From an uncultured Gammaproteobacteria bacterium (GTDB lineage: Bacteria > Pseudomonadota > Gammaproteobacteria > Pseudomonadales > JAHEGP01), in contig CAWEHR010000006.1 of NCBI GenBank assembly GCA_963808975.1, positions 222,394 through 286,393 of the forward strand: a DNA stretch of 64,000 bases. Reading direction: 5' to 3'. This document shows positions 29,232 to 39,928 of this stretch, in pieces. The notes below the pieces were generated by a model. It was not told the DNA's origin and ran no database searches. It worked only from the letters and a program-made list of their open reading frames with translations. The position numbers and the translations under genes were made by a program. Numbering within the stretch: the stretch's first letter is position 1; the number at the start of each line of letters is the position of its first letter.

Positions 29232-32200
29232 TTATGCCGCCGCAGAGAATGCTTGCAGGAGTTCACCCAGGGCTATCCTGGTCGGTTTGACCAGGCGGAA
29301 GTTGCCGATACGTTGTGGAAAATCGTCGATGATCGATTGCGCCCAGTGACTGTGGGTGGCAGCAACATAGTCGTTGAGGGTTGCCAGCAGTAACCTGCGA
29401 TGGCCCTGGGCCGCGTCGGATTCAAGGGCCTGGACGTCGACAAAATCGGTATTGCAGCGTTGCGCCAGTTTGTTGTCGGGGTCGAGCACAAAAGCAAAGC
29501 CGCCGGTCATACCGGCGCCAAAGTTGACCCCGGTAGCGCCCAGCACTATCACCATGCCGCCGGTCATGTATTCGCAGCAATGGTCGCCCACGCCCTCGAC
29601 CACGGCACTGGCGCCGGAATTGCGCACGGCAAAACGCTCCCCGGCAACGCCCGCTGCATACAGGGTACCGCCGGTGGCGCCGTAGAGGCAGGTGTTGCCA
29701 ATAATCACATTGTGCTGGCTCTCGAAGCCGCTGACTGCGGGCGGATAGATGACCAGGCGCCCGCCGGCCATACCTTTGCCGACATAGTCGTTGGCGTCGC
29801 CCTCCAGGGTCATGTGCAGGCCACCGGCATTCCACACGCCAAAGCTCTGGCCGGCGGTACCGGTAAGTTTGACCTCGATGGGTGTCGCGGCCATGCCGTT
29901 GTTACCCCAGTGTCGCGCGATTTCGCCGGCGATGCGGGCGCCCACAGAACGGTTGAAATTGGCCAGCGTATAGTGATGTCGCGAGCGCCTGCGCGCCAGT
30001 ATAGACGGCCGCATATCCGCCAGCATCTGCTCCGCCAGTTCGCCCCTGTCGAAGGAGGGGTTGCGCTCGAGCAGGCGGCGATGGGGCCTGTCGTCATCGA
30101 CCCCGGCGTTTGACAACAGGGGCGCCAGGTCGAGGCGACGTTGCTGGGGTGTGGTTCCCGGCAGCAATTGCAGGAGTTCGGTGCGACCGATGATTTCGTC
30201 CAGGCTACGCGCGCCGAGATCGGCCAGCAGTTGTCGCACTTCCTCTGCTATCGCGGTCAACACCGCCATCACCATTTCTGGGCGGCCGCCAAAATGACCC
30301 TGGCGCAGGCGCTCGTCCTGGGTTGCGATACCGGTGACGCAATTATTGAGATGACAGATGCGCAGGTACTTGCAGCCAAGGGCAAGCAGGGCCAGGGTGC
30401 CAAAGCCAAAGCTCTCCGCGCCGAGGATGGCGGCCTTGACCACGTCGAGGCCGGTCTTCAGACCGCCGTCGACCTGCAGGCCGATCCGCTCGCGCAGCTT
30501 GTTGCCGCGCAGTGCCTGATGGGTTTCGCGCAGCCCCAGTTCCCAGGGTGTGCCCGCGTATTTTACGGAACTCAGGGGGCTGGCGCCGGTACCGCCGTCG
30601 TGTCCGGAAATAGTAATCAGGTCGGCATACGCCTTCGCTACTCCTACCGCAATCGTGCCGACGCCGGCTTCAGACACCAGCTTCACGGATACCAGCGCAT
30701 CGGGATTGACCTGCTTGAGGTCGAAGATCAACTGGGCGAGATCCTCGATGGAGTAGATATCGTGGTGGGGCGGTGGCGAGATCAGGGTGGTGCCGGGGAT
30801 CGCATAACGCAGCGTGGCGATCATGCCGTTGACTTTCTGTCCCGCCAGTTGCCCGCCTTCACCGGGTTTGGCGCCCTGGGCTATCTTGATCTGCAGCACC
30901 CGGGCGTTGACCAGGTAATGCGGGGTGACGCCGAAGCGGCCGGAGGCAACCTGCTTGATGTGGGATTCGGTTTCGGTGCCGAAGCGCTTGGGGTCCTCGC
31001 CACCCTCACCGGAGTTGGAGAGGCCCCCAAGCCGGTTCATGGCCACGGCAAGGGACTCGTGAGCCTCGGGGGAGAGGGCGCCGAGTGACATGGCGCCGCT
31101 TTCAAACCGCTTCACAATGGCAGCCGCCGGTTCCACCTGGTCCAGTGCAATGCCCTTGCCGCCGGGTCTCAGTGCCATCAGGTCCCGGGGGGTCATGGCG
31201 GGGCGACCGTTGACCAGGTCCGCATAGTCCCTGTAGTGAGCCGGGTTATGACTGCGGCTAAATCTGCCCAGTGCTTGCACTACTGCGGGGTTAAAGGCGT
31301 GATATTCACCCTGGTGCGCATATTTGTTGTAGCCACCCTGCTCAATCGCTAACCGTGGGTTGAAAGCCCGGGCGGCCAGTTCGCGCTGGGCCGCCTCCAG
31401 TTCGGCAAAACCGGTGCCCTCGAGCCGGCATTGGATTCCCTGGAAACACAATTCTGCAACTTCGCTGGCCAGCCCCAGCGCCTCGAACAGTTGTGCGCCG
31501 CGGTAACTGCTGATGGTAGAGATGCCCATTTTCGACAGAATTTTATAAAGACCCTTATCGATGCCGCGGCGATAGCGCGCCAGCGCGCCCTGCGCTCCCT
31601 CGGGGTTTGCCGGGGAACCCGCCAATTGCAGGGTGCATTGGTAGGCGAGATACGGGAATATCGCTGTTGCGCCGAAGCCGATCAGGACCGCGAATTCGTG
31701 GGGGTTGCGGGTGGTCGCTGTTTCCACCACCAGGTTGGCGCGACAGCGCAGCCCGATATTGACCAGGTGATGATGCACTGCCCCGGTTGCCAGTGCGGCA
31801 TGCAGGGGAAGCTTGTCCGGCGCCAGGGCCCGGTCAGACAATACCAGGATAGTGGCCCCCGACCAGACCGCTTTCTCCGCCTGGTAGCAAATATTTCGAA
31901 TGGCGGTTTCCAGGTCCATGGAGTCGGCGTAGTTGAGGTCAATCCGTTGGTGGGGATACTGCGCCTGCGTCAACAACTGGCTGTATTCATCGCTACTCAA
32001 TACCGGGCTGGGGGTGACCACCCGCGCAGCGTGGTCTTCGTCGGCAATGAAAATATTCTGCTGTGGCCCGAAGCAGGTTTGCAGGGACATGACCGACTGC
32101 TCGCGCAGTGAATCGATGGGCGGATTGGTGACCTGGGCAAACTGCTGGCGAAAATAATCGTAGAGTGAGCGAATCCGGCTGGAAAATACCGGCAGGGGAG

Positions 32201-33686
32201 TATCGTCGCCCATCGAGGCGCTGGCCTCCTGGCCGCTTTCCACCATTACCCGGATCACCTCGTCCAGTTCTTCGCTGCTTAGCTGGAACATTTTCTGGTA
32301 GTGCTTATGTTGGGCGGCGGGCAAGGTCATGAGCTCACCCCCGACGCTGTCGCCGGGTGCCAGGTAGATGGCGCGCCGTCGCAACCACTCGCGATAGGGG
32401 TGTTCGCGCTTCAACCTATCCTCTATTGTCAGTGGCGTCAGCAACTCTCCATTACGGGTATCGACCGCCAGCATATCGCCCGGTGACAGCCTTCCTTTGC
32501 GCAACACCTGTTGTGGATCGATATCGGTGACACCGATTTCTGAGGCCAGAATCAGCAGCCGATCTCGTGTTATGACATAACGGGCCGGCCTGAGCCCGTT
32601 GCGATCCATGGTGCACGCTGCGTAGCGACCATCGGTGAGTACGATTCCCGCCGGGCCGTCCCATGCCTCGGCATGCATGGCATGGTATTCATAAAAGGCC
32701 CGCAGATCGGGATCCATATTGGCATCGTTCTGCCAGGCGCGGGGAATCAACAGGCGCATCGCCTTGATCAGGTCCATGCCGCCGGCCACCAGGATTTCCA
32801 GCATGTTATCGAGGCTGTAGGAGTCTGAGCCTGCCAGCGACAACCACGGCCTGATATCCTTCATGCCGGGGATCAGTGGGGATTCAAATGCGCGGCTGCG
32901 AGCCTGGGCCCAATTGCGATTGCCCTGGATGGTATTGATTTCGCCGTTGTGCGCCAGATAGCGAAACGGTTGCGCCAATCGCCACTCGGGCCAGGTGTTA
33001 GTTGAAAAGCGTTGGTGAAAAATGCACAGCGCCGAGTGCAGGCGCGGGTCATCCAGGTCGGGATAGAGCAGGGGCAGCTTGTGGGGCATGACCAGGCCCT
33101 TGTAACAGGTCACGCGGGTCGAGAGGCTGACGATATGAAAAGCCGCATCCCAGGTCTTGATAAATTTTCTGGCCTTGCGCTTGGCCAGAAACAGTTTGCG
33201 CTCGCCAAGCTCGATGTCGTCGTTAAACGGAATGTTGACAAAAATCTGTTCGACGCGGGGCAGCGTCTCGATGGCGCTGTCGCCCAGCGCTTCGATATTT
33301 AGCGGTACCACCCGCCAACCGGCGACAGCAAGACCCTGTTTTTCCAGTTCGGCCTGGAGTCGCTGGCGTTCCATGTGGGCGCTCTCGGCAGCGCGACTGA
33401 GAAATACCATGCCCACGGCAAATAGCGGTGCCAGCGAGAGCTGCTGTTCGGCAGCGACGGCGCGGAAAAAATCGGTGGGCATTTTCATCAGTAAGCCGCA
33501 GCCATCACCGCTCTTGCCGTCGGCCGCTACCGCGCCGCGGTGGCTGAGTCTCGACAGGGCCTTGATAGCGCCCTGCAGCAGTTCGTGACTGGCCTCGCCA
33601 TCCATTTGGCAGATCATGCCGAAGCCGCAACTGTCGTGCTCGAATGCCCGGCGATACAACCCGGAGTTATCATTGGCGTGTATCAT
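29232..33686 (-). CDS. gltB: Glutamate synthase large subunit
   Basis: GGAGG upstream of ATG 33686. Ntn Cys in HDSCGFG. FMN/3Fe-4S central domains and the C-terminal GXGXG beta-helix domain. Confidence 0.95.
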   Translation of the reverse strand: MIHANDNSGLYRRAFEHDSCGFGMICQMDGEASHELLQGAIKALSRLSHRGAVAADGKSGDGCGLLMKMPTDFFRAVAAEQQLSLAPLFAVGMVFLSRAAESAHMERQRLQAELEKQGLAVAGWRVVPLNIEALGDSAIETLPRVEQIFVNIPFNDDIELGERKLFLAKRKARKFIKTWDAAFHIVSLSTRVTCYKGLVMPHKLPLLYPDLDDPRLHSALCIFHQRFSTNTWPEWRLAQPFRYLAHNGEINTIQGNRNWAQARSRAFESPLIPGMKDIRPWLSLAGSDSYSLDNMLEILVAGGMDLIKAMRLLIPRAWQNDANMDPDLRAFYEYHAMHAEAWDGPAGIVLTDGRYAACTMDRNGLRPARYVITRDRLLILASEIGVTDIDPQQVLRKGRLSPGDMLAVDTRNGELLTPLTIEDRLKREHPYREWLRRRAIYLAPGDSVGGELMTLPAAQHKHYQKMFQLSSEELDEVIRVMVESGQEASASMGDDTPLPVFSSRIRSLYDYFRQQFAQVTNPPIDSLREQSVMSLQTCFGPQQNIFIADEDHAARVVTPSPVLSSDEYSQLLTQAQYPHQRIDLNYADSMDLETAIRNICYQAEKAVWSGATILVLSDRALAPDKLPLHAALATGAVHHHLVNIGLRCRANLVVETATTRNPHEFAVLIGFGATAIFPYLAYQCTLQLAGSPANPEGAQGALARYRRGIDKGLYKILSKMGISTISSYRGAQLFEALGLASEVAELCFQGIQCRLEGTGFAELEAAQRELAARAFNPRLAIEQGGYNKYAHQGEYHAFNPAVVQALGRFSRSHNPAHYRDYADLVNGRPAMTPRDLMALRPGGKGIALDQVEPAAAIVKRFESGAMSLGALSPEAHESLAVAMNRLGGLSNSGEGGEDPKRFGTETESHIKQVASGRFGVTPHYLVNARVLQIKIAQGAKPGEGGQLAGQKVNGMIATLRYAIPGTTLISPPPHHDIYSIEDLAQLIFDLKQVNPDALVSVKLVSEAGVGTIAVGVAKAYADLITISGHDGGTGASPLSSVKYAGTPWELGLRETHQALRGNKLRERIGLQVDGGLKTGLDVVKAAILGAESFGFGTLALLALGCKYLRICHLNNCVTGIATQDERLRQGHFGGRPEMVMAVLTAIAEEVRQLLADLGARSLDEIIGRTELLQLLPGTTPQQRRLDLAPLLSNAGVDDDRPHRRLLERNPSFDRGELAEQMLADMRPSILARRRSRHHYTLANFNRSVGARIAGEIARHWGNNGMAATPIEVKLTGTAGQSFGVWNAGGLHMTLEGDANDYVGKGMAGGRLVIYPPAVSGFESQHNVIIGNTCLYGATGGTLYAAGVAGERFAVRNSGASAVVEGVGDHCCEYMTGGMVIVLGATGVNFGAGMTGGFAFVLDPDNKLAQRCNTDFVDVQALESDAAQGHRRLLLATLNDYVAATHSHWAQSIIDDFPQRIGNFRLVKPTRIALGELLQAFSAAA

Positions 33687-34012
33687 TGCCTGGTTACCTC
33701 CCCGCGAACAAGTCGCTGTTACCTGCAGGTACCGCCAGCCAGGGTATTCCGAGCGCAGCAACTTTGCACCCGTCGCGCCCTGATGCGCGATTGCTCACTG
33801 CAGTTGCGTAACAAACCAATTATGTGAGGCAAATTTTATGCCAGATTTCGGGCTGGGCAGGGGCCGGGTTGGCTGGGATCTGCTGTGGATTCTGCCTCAT
33901 ATTGGGGCGGGGCGCCCCATATTGGGTGGGTCGCCGGTTATTGGCAATATCCGGGTTAGCTGGCCGGAGCTGTTGTACTATTGTGCGCTGGAAGCAGGCT
34001 GGGGAAGAGCGA

Positions 34013-35029
34013 ATGCAACGCAAGCGATTGGGAAGAAGTGGCATTGTGGTGTCAGATATCTGCATGGGCACCATGACCTTTGGCAGTCAATGCGATGAGA
34101 AAGATTCGTTTCGCATCATGGACATGGCTTTCGATGCAGGGATCGATTTTTACGATACCGCCGAGATGTACCCGGTGCCGCCGGATGAAAAATACGTGGG
34201 CGTGACCGAAGAAATCGTCGGGCGCTGGCTAAAAACCAAGCCCCGTGATGCCGTCATCCTGGCCAGTAAAGTAGCCGGTCCGGGTCATGGCTGGATTACG
34301 CCTCCATTGCGCGGAGGCAAAACCAGCCTCGACCGGCATCATATAATGCGCGCGGTGGAGGCCAGCCTTGCGCGCCTTGGCACCGATTACATCGATTTGT
34401 ACCAGACGCATTGGCCCGATCATGATTTTCCCTACGACGAAACCCTGCGGGCGCTCGACGACCTGGTCCGGGCCGGTAAGGTGCGCATTAACGGTTGCAG
34501 CAACGAGACCAGTTGGGGCTTGACCAAGAGCCTGTGGGCCGCTGATCTGCACGGTCTGGTGCGCTATGAGACCATCCAGAATAACTTCAGCCTCAATAAT
34601 CGCCGCTTTGAAGATGAGTTGGCCCAGGCCTGTCGCCGGGAGCAGGTGAGCCTGATCCCGTACTCGCCCCTGGCCGGTGGGGTGTTGTCAGGCAAGTACA
34701 ACGACGGGGCGTTACCCGCAGGCGCCCGGTTTAGCGGATATCTGCAGGGGGGAAGGCGGCAGCAGCGCATGGCAAAGCGCTTCGTCAATGATAAAAGCCT
34801 GGCCGCCACGGCGCGCTTCCAGGCGATTGCATCGGCGGCGGGCATGTCGCTGGTGACCATGGCGATCGCCTGGAGTAAGCAACACGACTTTGTCGCCTCG
34901 ACGATCGTGGGTGCCACCAGCCCGGGGCAAATGCCGGAGATACTCGCTGCCGCCGACCTGGATCTCGACCCAAAGGTGCTTGCCGAGATCGACGGTGTTT
35001 CCCGGGACATCCCCTATCCTATGGGCTAG
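34013..35029 (+). CDS. Aldo/keto reductase (Tas-like)
   Basis: [38 protein letters not shown]; colinear with E. coli Tas. The upstream 63 codons of the ORF are an extension. Confidence 0.88.
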   Translation: MQRKRLGRSGIVVSDICMGTMTFGSQCDEKDSFRIMDMAFDAGIDFYDTAEMYPVPPDEKYVGVTEEIVGRWLKTKPRDAVILASKVAGPGHGWITPPLRGGKTSLDRHHIMRAVEASLARLGTDYIDLYQTHWPDHDFPYDETLRALDDLVRAGKVRINGCSNETSWGLTKSLWAADLHGLVRYETIQNNFSLNNRRFEDELAQACRREQVSLIPYSPLAGGVLSGKYNDGALPAGARFSGYLQGGRRQQRMAKRFVNDKSLAATARFQAIASAAGMSLVTMAIAWSKQHDFVASTIVGATSPGQMPEILAAADLDLDPKVLAEIDGVSRDIPYPMG

Positions 35030-35054
35030 ACATATCTCACCGGTATGGCGGCTA
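35027..35054. repeat. 28-bp core-less relative of the MITE termini, spanning both convergent stop codons
   Basis: TAGACATATCTCACCGGTATGGCGGCTA. It matches the inner left and outer right terminal repeats of the elements at 57914 and 59563. Its TAG at 35027-35029 ends the AKR gene, and its CTA at 35052-35054 is the minus-strand stop of the Na/Pi gene. Confidence 0.5.
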
Positions 35055-36845
35055 GTCCCGGTCTGCAATCTCCTCGGGTAATGCTGTTTTGGCAATGCGT
35101 TTGGCCAGGGTGTAGACGCGCCTGATCTGGTCCGCGGCGGTCATTTCAAGGCGCAGGCGCAGGAGGTAATCCGGCGACTCACTGGCCAGGCGCTGGGCCT
35201 TGAACTCGAGGAACCCGTCCGAGATGCGTCGCACCTCGCTTTTAGCCGCCATCACCCGCTGGGCGGCCTCCTCGTCGTTATCGCGCACGGCTTGTATCGC
35301 ATCCGCAAGTGCCCTGCTCACGATCGCCTGCAGCTCGTCGAACATGTCTTTCGACTGCTGGCTGACATGCATATCCTTGTCAATAAACTGTTGCGCCACT
35401 TGCCCCAGCTCAGTCTCTACCGTGTCGGCGATGCTCTCGAGGTTATCAAGGGCACTGAGTAACTGCGCGAACTCTCGATTCTGATCATTGTTGAGCTCTT
35501 CACTGCGCAGGGTCTGCATGTATTGCATGATGGTGTCATGGAGGATATCAACCTTGTCGTCACGCAGGATAATCTCCTTGAGCATTGCAGCGTCCCGCTG
35601 CTTCAGCGACGGGGTGAGGTCGTCGAACATGGACTGGGTTATCTCCCCCATGTGGCCGAACTCCAGCCGCACCTGCTCCAGCGCCAGCGCCGGGACGGAG
35701 GTGGCTGAAGGATCGAGAAACTTGGGCTCGATGATGATACCCGTCTTGGGCGGCTTGGTGGGCACCAACCACTCGACCAGCCTCGCCAACTGGGTAGTGA
35801 AACCGATGAAAAGCAGTGTGTTGATGACATTGAAGGAGGTATGCGCGTTGGCGATTTGGCGCGGCACCTCCTTGGCAGACCTGGCCGTGCCCTCCAGTTC
35901 CGGATACGTCGGCGACATCCAGGTCACCAGGTCGGCCAGGTAATGGATAAGGCCAACCCACAGCAGTACCCCGGCTACATTGAACACCACGTGTGCCACG
36001 GCGGCACGCACCGCCTCGGTGGGCTTGCCTATGGACGCCAGCAAGGCGGTGGCGCAGGTGCCCACATTGGAACCCAGTGCCAGTGCAATCCCGGCGGGCA
36101 GGCTTAAAAGGCCCTCGCTGGCCATAACGATTGCTATGCCGGTGGTTGCCGCCGAGGATTGCACCAGCGCGGTGAACACCGCTCCCACCAGTATGCCGAG
36201 CAGTGGGTTCTCCATGCGCTGCATCAGGTCCAGGAATGGCTGGTAACTGCGCAGAGGGTTCATGGCCTCGCTCATAACGCCCATGCCGAAGAAGACCAGG
36301 CCGAGGCCCATGACCATCATGCCGTAGTAGCGAATTTTCTCCTGCTTGGCAGTGAACAACATGAGAAAGCCAATCGCCACCGGGAGCAGGGCGTACTGGG
36401 TAATATTGAAGGCGACGATCTGGGCGGTGAAGGTGCTGCCGATATTGGCGCCCATGATCACGCCAATGGATTGCGCCAGATTCATGATGCCGGCGGTGAT
36501 AAACCCTACCACCAGCACCGTGGTGACCGAGGAGGAGTTGAGTATCGCCGTGACAAATGCGCCGGTCAAGGCGCCGCTGAAGCGGTTGCTGGTGAGCTTC
36601 GCCAGCACATTCTTGAGGCTGTCGCCGGCCGCGGCCTTGAGTCCGTCGGACATCTGGTCCATCCCGAACAGGAACAGCGCCAGGCCCCCGAACAGCCCCA
36701 TGCCCAGTTGCAGCCAGTCGATATCATTGCCACCCTCGGTTGCCGCCAGCGCTGGCATGGCCAGCAGCCAGCCTATGCAGCCAGCCAGCAACAGCCAGCC
36801 GAGCAGGGCGCGTCGGGGTGTATATTCCATTACTTTTGCCAGCAT
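35052..36845 (-). CDS. Na/Pi cotransporter family protein with C-terminal PhoU-like domain
   Basis: Two Na_Pi_cotrans repeats (GANIGTT-like GANIGSTFTAQ, GSNVGTCATA) plus a helical PhoU-like tail. AGGGGA upstream of ATG 36845. Confidence 0.85.
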   Translation of the reverse strand: MLAKVMEYTPRRALLGWLLLAGCIGWLLAMPALAATEGGNDIDWLQLGMGLFGGLALFLFGMDQMSDGLKAAAGDSLKNVLAKLTSNRFSGALTGAFVTAILNSSSVTTVLVVGFITAGIMNLAQSIGVIMGANIGSTFTAQIVAFNITQYALLPVAIGFLMLFTAKQEKIRYYGMMVMGLGLVFFGMGVMSEAMNPLRSYQPFLDLMQRMENPLLGILVGAVFTALVQSSAATTGIAIVMASEGLLSLPAGIALALGSNVGTCATALLASIGKPTEAVRAAVAHVVFNVAGVLLWVGLIHYLADLVTWMSPTYPELEGTARSAKEVPRQIANAHTSFNVINTLLFIGFTTQLARLVEWLVPTKPPKTGIIIEPKFLDPSATSVPALALEQVRLEFGHMGEITQSMFDDLTPSLKQRDAAMLKEIILRDDKVDILHDTIMQYMQTLRSEELNNDQNREFAQLLSALDNLESIADTVETELGQVAQQFIDKDMHVSQQSKDMFDELQAIVSRALADAIQAVRDNDEEAAQRVMAAKSEVRRISDGFLEFKAQRLASESPDYLLRLRLEMTAADQIRRVYTLAKRIAKTALPEEIADRD

Positions 36846-37021
36846 GATTGGTCCCCTGTGCGGTGCTGAAAGCGAGAAAGAGGCGCGGTATTGCGGCACG
36901 CGGTGAGTTAAAAGCGAGTGAATAAGTGCTGAAGTTCCATGCCTTAGTTACATTGAGCAACGAAAATCGCCCACTGCAACGGCTAGTTATTATCGGTTAT
37001 CCGTGGCCAGCTTTCTTGCTG

Positions 37022-37055
37022 GCGGTTACCGGGACACCTTTGTCCCGGCAACCGC
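37022..37055 (-). terminator. Long GC hairpin downstream of the acyl-CoA ligase gene (possible terminator, no U-tract)
   Basis: GCGGTTaCCGGGACA-cctt-TGTCCCGGcAACCGC: 14 bp paired with one mismatch. Confidence 0.35.
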
Positions 37056-37083
37056 TGTTGGTACTTACACGATCGAAGCGCTG

Positions 37084-38718
37084 TTACTCTGCAACGATGA
37101 CCTTGTCCTCAGTCAGGGCATGGTGCAGCAGATCGCGATAAGTCTCCTCGATCATATTGCGCTTCAGCTTCATCGTCGGCGTGAGCAGGGAGTTTTCAAT
37201 GGTCCATTCCGGCACCACGAAAACCCTGCCAACTTTCTCGTAGGAAGGTACTTCTTTATTGACTTCGTCCAGCAGGGCACCAAGCTCTTCCTTGAGCGCT
37301 TTCTCGTCCATTTTATGGCCGGCCTCGCTCAGGGTTGCCAGCAGCAAAGGCTGGTCGAAGCCATGGCCGACCACGCAGTACTGGGCCAGCTTGTCGGAGC
37401 GGCCGAACAGGTCTTCCAGCTTCGTCGGCACGATAAATTTACCCTTGGAAGTTTTGAACACCTCGCTGATGCGCCCGGTGATCCAGAGATTGCCGTCCTC
37501 GTCGAACTTGCCGGCATCGCCGGTGCAGTACCAGCCATCGACAATGACTTCCTCGGTTTTTTCGGGGTTCAGGTAGTAGCCCTTCATCAGGCCCTTGCTC
37601 TTGAACTGGATTTCACCGGCATCGGAGATGCGCAACTGCACGCTGTCATCCATGGGCTGGCCAACGCAGCCTGGCAGGGGTTGATCGTCTTTAATCCATC
37701 CCGTGCCATGGACAAAGTTCTCGGTCATGCCATAGGCGTCGCGCAGGGGGATGCCCATCTTCATGAACCAGTCCTGTACGTCGCGGGGGCAAGGGGCAGA
37801 GCCGGTCAAGATTGTCTTCGCCTGGCTCAGACCGAGCTTTTGGGCGATACCCTTCTTCTGCTCTGCACTCAGGTCAGTTTGTGCCGCGGGCGGTATGGCG
37901 GCGTCGATACCTTCCTTGAATTTGACCCACAGGCGAGGCACCGCAAAGAAGAACGTCGGTTGTACCGAGCCGATTTCAGCGGCAAACGTCGCCAAACCTT
38001 CGGAAAACGATATCGGTATGTTGCCGTAAATGCCGACCATTTCGACAATGATTCTTTCGGCCGCATGCGACATGGGCAGGAACGAAAACAGGCGATCATC
38101 CTCGTCGACAAGGCGAAAAGCCTTGATCAGGCCCGGAACCACATGGCCTGGGGTCTGGTGCATGTGCATGACACCCTTGGGGTTGCCGGTGGTGCCCGAG
38201 GTGTAGATCAGGGTGAAAACATCCTCGGGATTGGGGACGGGAGATTCGGTGTAGGGCTCGTAGTCGCGGAGAATATCCTCAAGTTTGTAGTCCGTGTCTA
38301 TTGTGCAACCGGTGATGGCGACGGTTTCCATGCCGTCGGTTAGCGCATCTTTAACGTGGGCGGCCTGGTCAAAGGAGCCGGTGAACACCAGCTTAACCTC
38401 TGAGTGATTGAAGATGTAGTTGGCGGAGCTGGTATCCTGGCCCGGGTAAATCGGCACCGAGATGTGGCCCGCCAACATGATGGCGAGGTCGCAGATGGGC
38501 CAGTCCTTGCTATTGGACGACCAGATCGCGATGCGACTGCCGGGCTCGTAGTTCTTGCTTTTGAGGAAGCTGGCGATGCGGCGTATCTGGTCCCCCACTT
38601 CGGCCCAGGTATACTCGGTCCACTGCAACTGTTTGGGTTGGCGGAGAAATACTTTTTCGGGCGTTTCCTTCTCCCAGCGGTAGAACATTTCCAGTGGTGA
38701 TTTAGCTGCTTCGGTCAT
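37084..38718 (-). CDS. AMP-dependent acyl-CoA synthetase (long-chain fatty acid-CoA ligase-like)
   Basis: YTSGTTGNPKGV AMP-binding motif, TGD, GRISEVFKTSKGKF. 544 aa. Confidence 0.9.
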   Translation of the reverse strand: MTEAAKSPLEMFYRWEKETPEKVFLRQPKQLQWTEYTWAEVGDQIRRIASFLKSKNYEPGSRIAIWSSNSKDWPICDLAIMLAGHISVPIYPGQDTSSANYIFNHSEVKLVFTGSFDQAAHVKDALTDGMETVAITGCTIDTDYKLEDILRDYEPYTESPVPNPEDVFTLIYTSGTTGNPKGVMHMHQTPGHVVPGLIKAFRLVDEDDRLFSFLPMSHAAERIIVEMVGIYGNIPISFSEGLATFAAEIGSVQPTFFFAVPRLWVKFKEGIDAAIPPAAQTDLSAEQKKGIAQKLGLSQAKTILTGSAPCPRDVQDWFMKMGIPLRDAYGMTENFVHGTGWIKDDQPLPGCVGQPMDDSVQLRISDAGEIQFKSKGLMKGYYLNPEKTEEVIVDGWYCTGDAGKFDEDGNLWITGRISEVFKTSKGKFIVPTKLEDLFGRSDKLAQYCVVGHGFDQPLLLATLSEAGHKMDEKALKEELGALLDEVNKEVPSYEKVGRVFVVPEWTIENSLLTPTMKLKRNMIEETYRDLLHHALTEDKVIVAE

Positions 38719-39051
38719 AGCTTGGCTCCTTGGTGAATAATTATTGGTGTTTCATGGTTCGCCAACGGTTGGCGAGGTGCACGCTTGTTGCTTACGAGAT
38801 CCTCGCTTTCATGGATTGATTCGCCGTCGGGAACACGTATTACCCCATTTTATCTGTATTATCATTCACCCGTATCGTGCGCGCGGGCGTTAATGGGCTG
38901 GGGAGAGATATTGATCGGGTATTGCCCCGCTGTCAATGGTGGCGAATAATTCGTGGCGCAGACAACAGCTGCCAGTCGCTTCACCGTCGGCGTATCCCGG
39001 CCAGGGAAGTGCAGGCCGACAATAAAAAATGAGGCGGGAAGGTCATGTTCG

Positions 39052-39735
39052 ATGGGTAGTGTACTATTGATTACCGGTGCCTCCAGCGGCATCGGTGCCG
39101 AGACCGCCAGGCAGGCAAGCGCAGCGGGATACCGTGTCGCCCTGGCTGCGCGCTCGCTGCCGGCGCTGGAATCGCTCAGCGCGGAATTGGGTGAGTCCAA
39201 TTGCCTTGCAATTGGCTGCGATGTCCAGAGCAGTGAGCAGCAGCGCGACATGGTGGCCGCGGTGATCAGGCGCTTTGGTCGCATCGATGCGGTATTCGCC
39301 AATGCCGGTCGCGGTGGTACCGCAGGGGGCTTCAGTGGGGCTGATGCCGCGCAGTGGAAGGATATGATCCTCACCAATATCTACGGCGTGGGCTTGACCC
39401 TGCAGCACTGCATCCCCCATCTCAGGCAAAGCAGGGGGCACCTGTTGCTGACCGGTTCGGTCGCCGGCCGTGTCACCATCGCCGGCTCCATGTACAGTGC
39501 CACCAAATGGGCAGTGACGGCAATGGGTTACGGCGTGCGGGAGGAATTGCGGGGCAGCGGTGTTCGCGTCACGTTGATTGAGCCCGGTGTGGTCGACACG
39601 CCCTTTTTTGACCAGCGCCCCGTGGCGGCTTTGAAGGCAACAGACGTCGCCGGGGCGGTCATGTATGCGCTGTCACAACCGCCCCACGTCGATGTCAATG
39701 AAATCCTGCTGCGCCCCACGCCGCCTGCTTCCTAG
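39052..39735 (+). CDS. Classical SDR oxidoreductase
   Basis: LITGASSGIG, NAG, YSATKWA (YxxxK). Start at MGSVLL. Confidence 0.88.
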   Translation: MGSVLLITGASSGIGAETARQASAAGYRVALAARSLPALESLSAELGESNCLAIGCDVQSSEQQRDMVAAVIRRFGRIDAVFANAGRGGTAGGFSGADAAQWKDMILTNIYGVGLTLQHCIPHLRQSRGHLLLTGSVAGRVTIAGSMYSATKWAVTAMGYGVREELRGSGVRVTLIEPGVVDTPFFDQRPVAALKATDVAGAVMYALSQPPHVDVNEILLRPTPPAS

Positions 39736-39928
39736 CGGCCATATCGCACCGTTGCGCCGATTGTGCCGACCTGTATGTCCACTGGCTTGCGTTATTTTGC
39801 CGGCGCTTCATACAGGGAGTTCAGAATAGCGTCAATTTCGATGTTGAAGCTCTTCTGCCGGGGAGGGTAGGCCCTGCGGGTCTGCACTGTGCCATCGCCC
39901 TAATAGCAATCGAACGCGCTGCCCAATC

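Noticed and set aside
33824-34012. 63-codon N-terminal extension of the aldo/keto reductase ORF (similarly 26448..27440 for rlmA, 33687..33761 for gltB and 38953..39051 for the SDR)
   Set aside because: Homology to the respective families begins at internal Met codons, and gltB and the AKR also have plausible RBSs there. The extensions are Cys/Arg/Gly-rich and overlap divergent promoters.
37003-38343. 446-aa plus-strand ORF
   Set aside because: Lies antisense to the well-supported acyl-CoA ligase gene. It has no recognisable motifs and the composition typical of shadow ORFs in GC-rich DNA (rich in G, R, H, Q, L).
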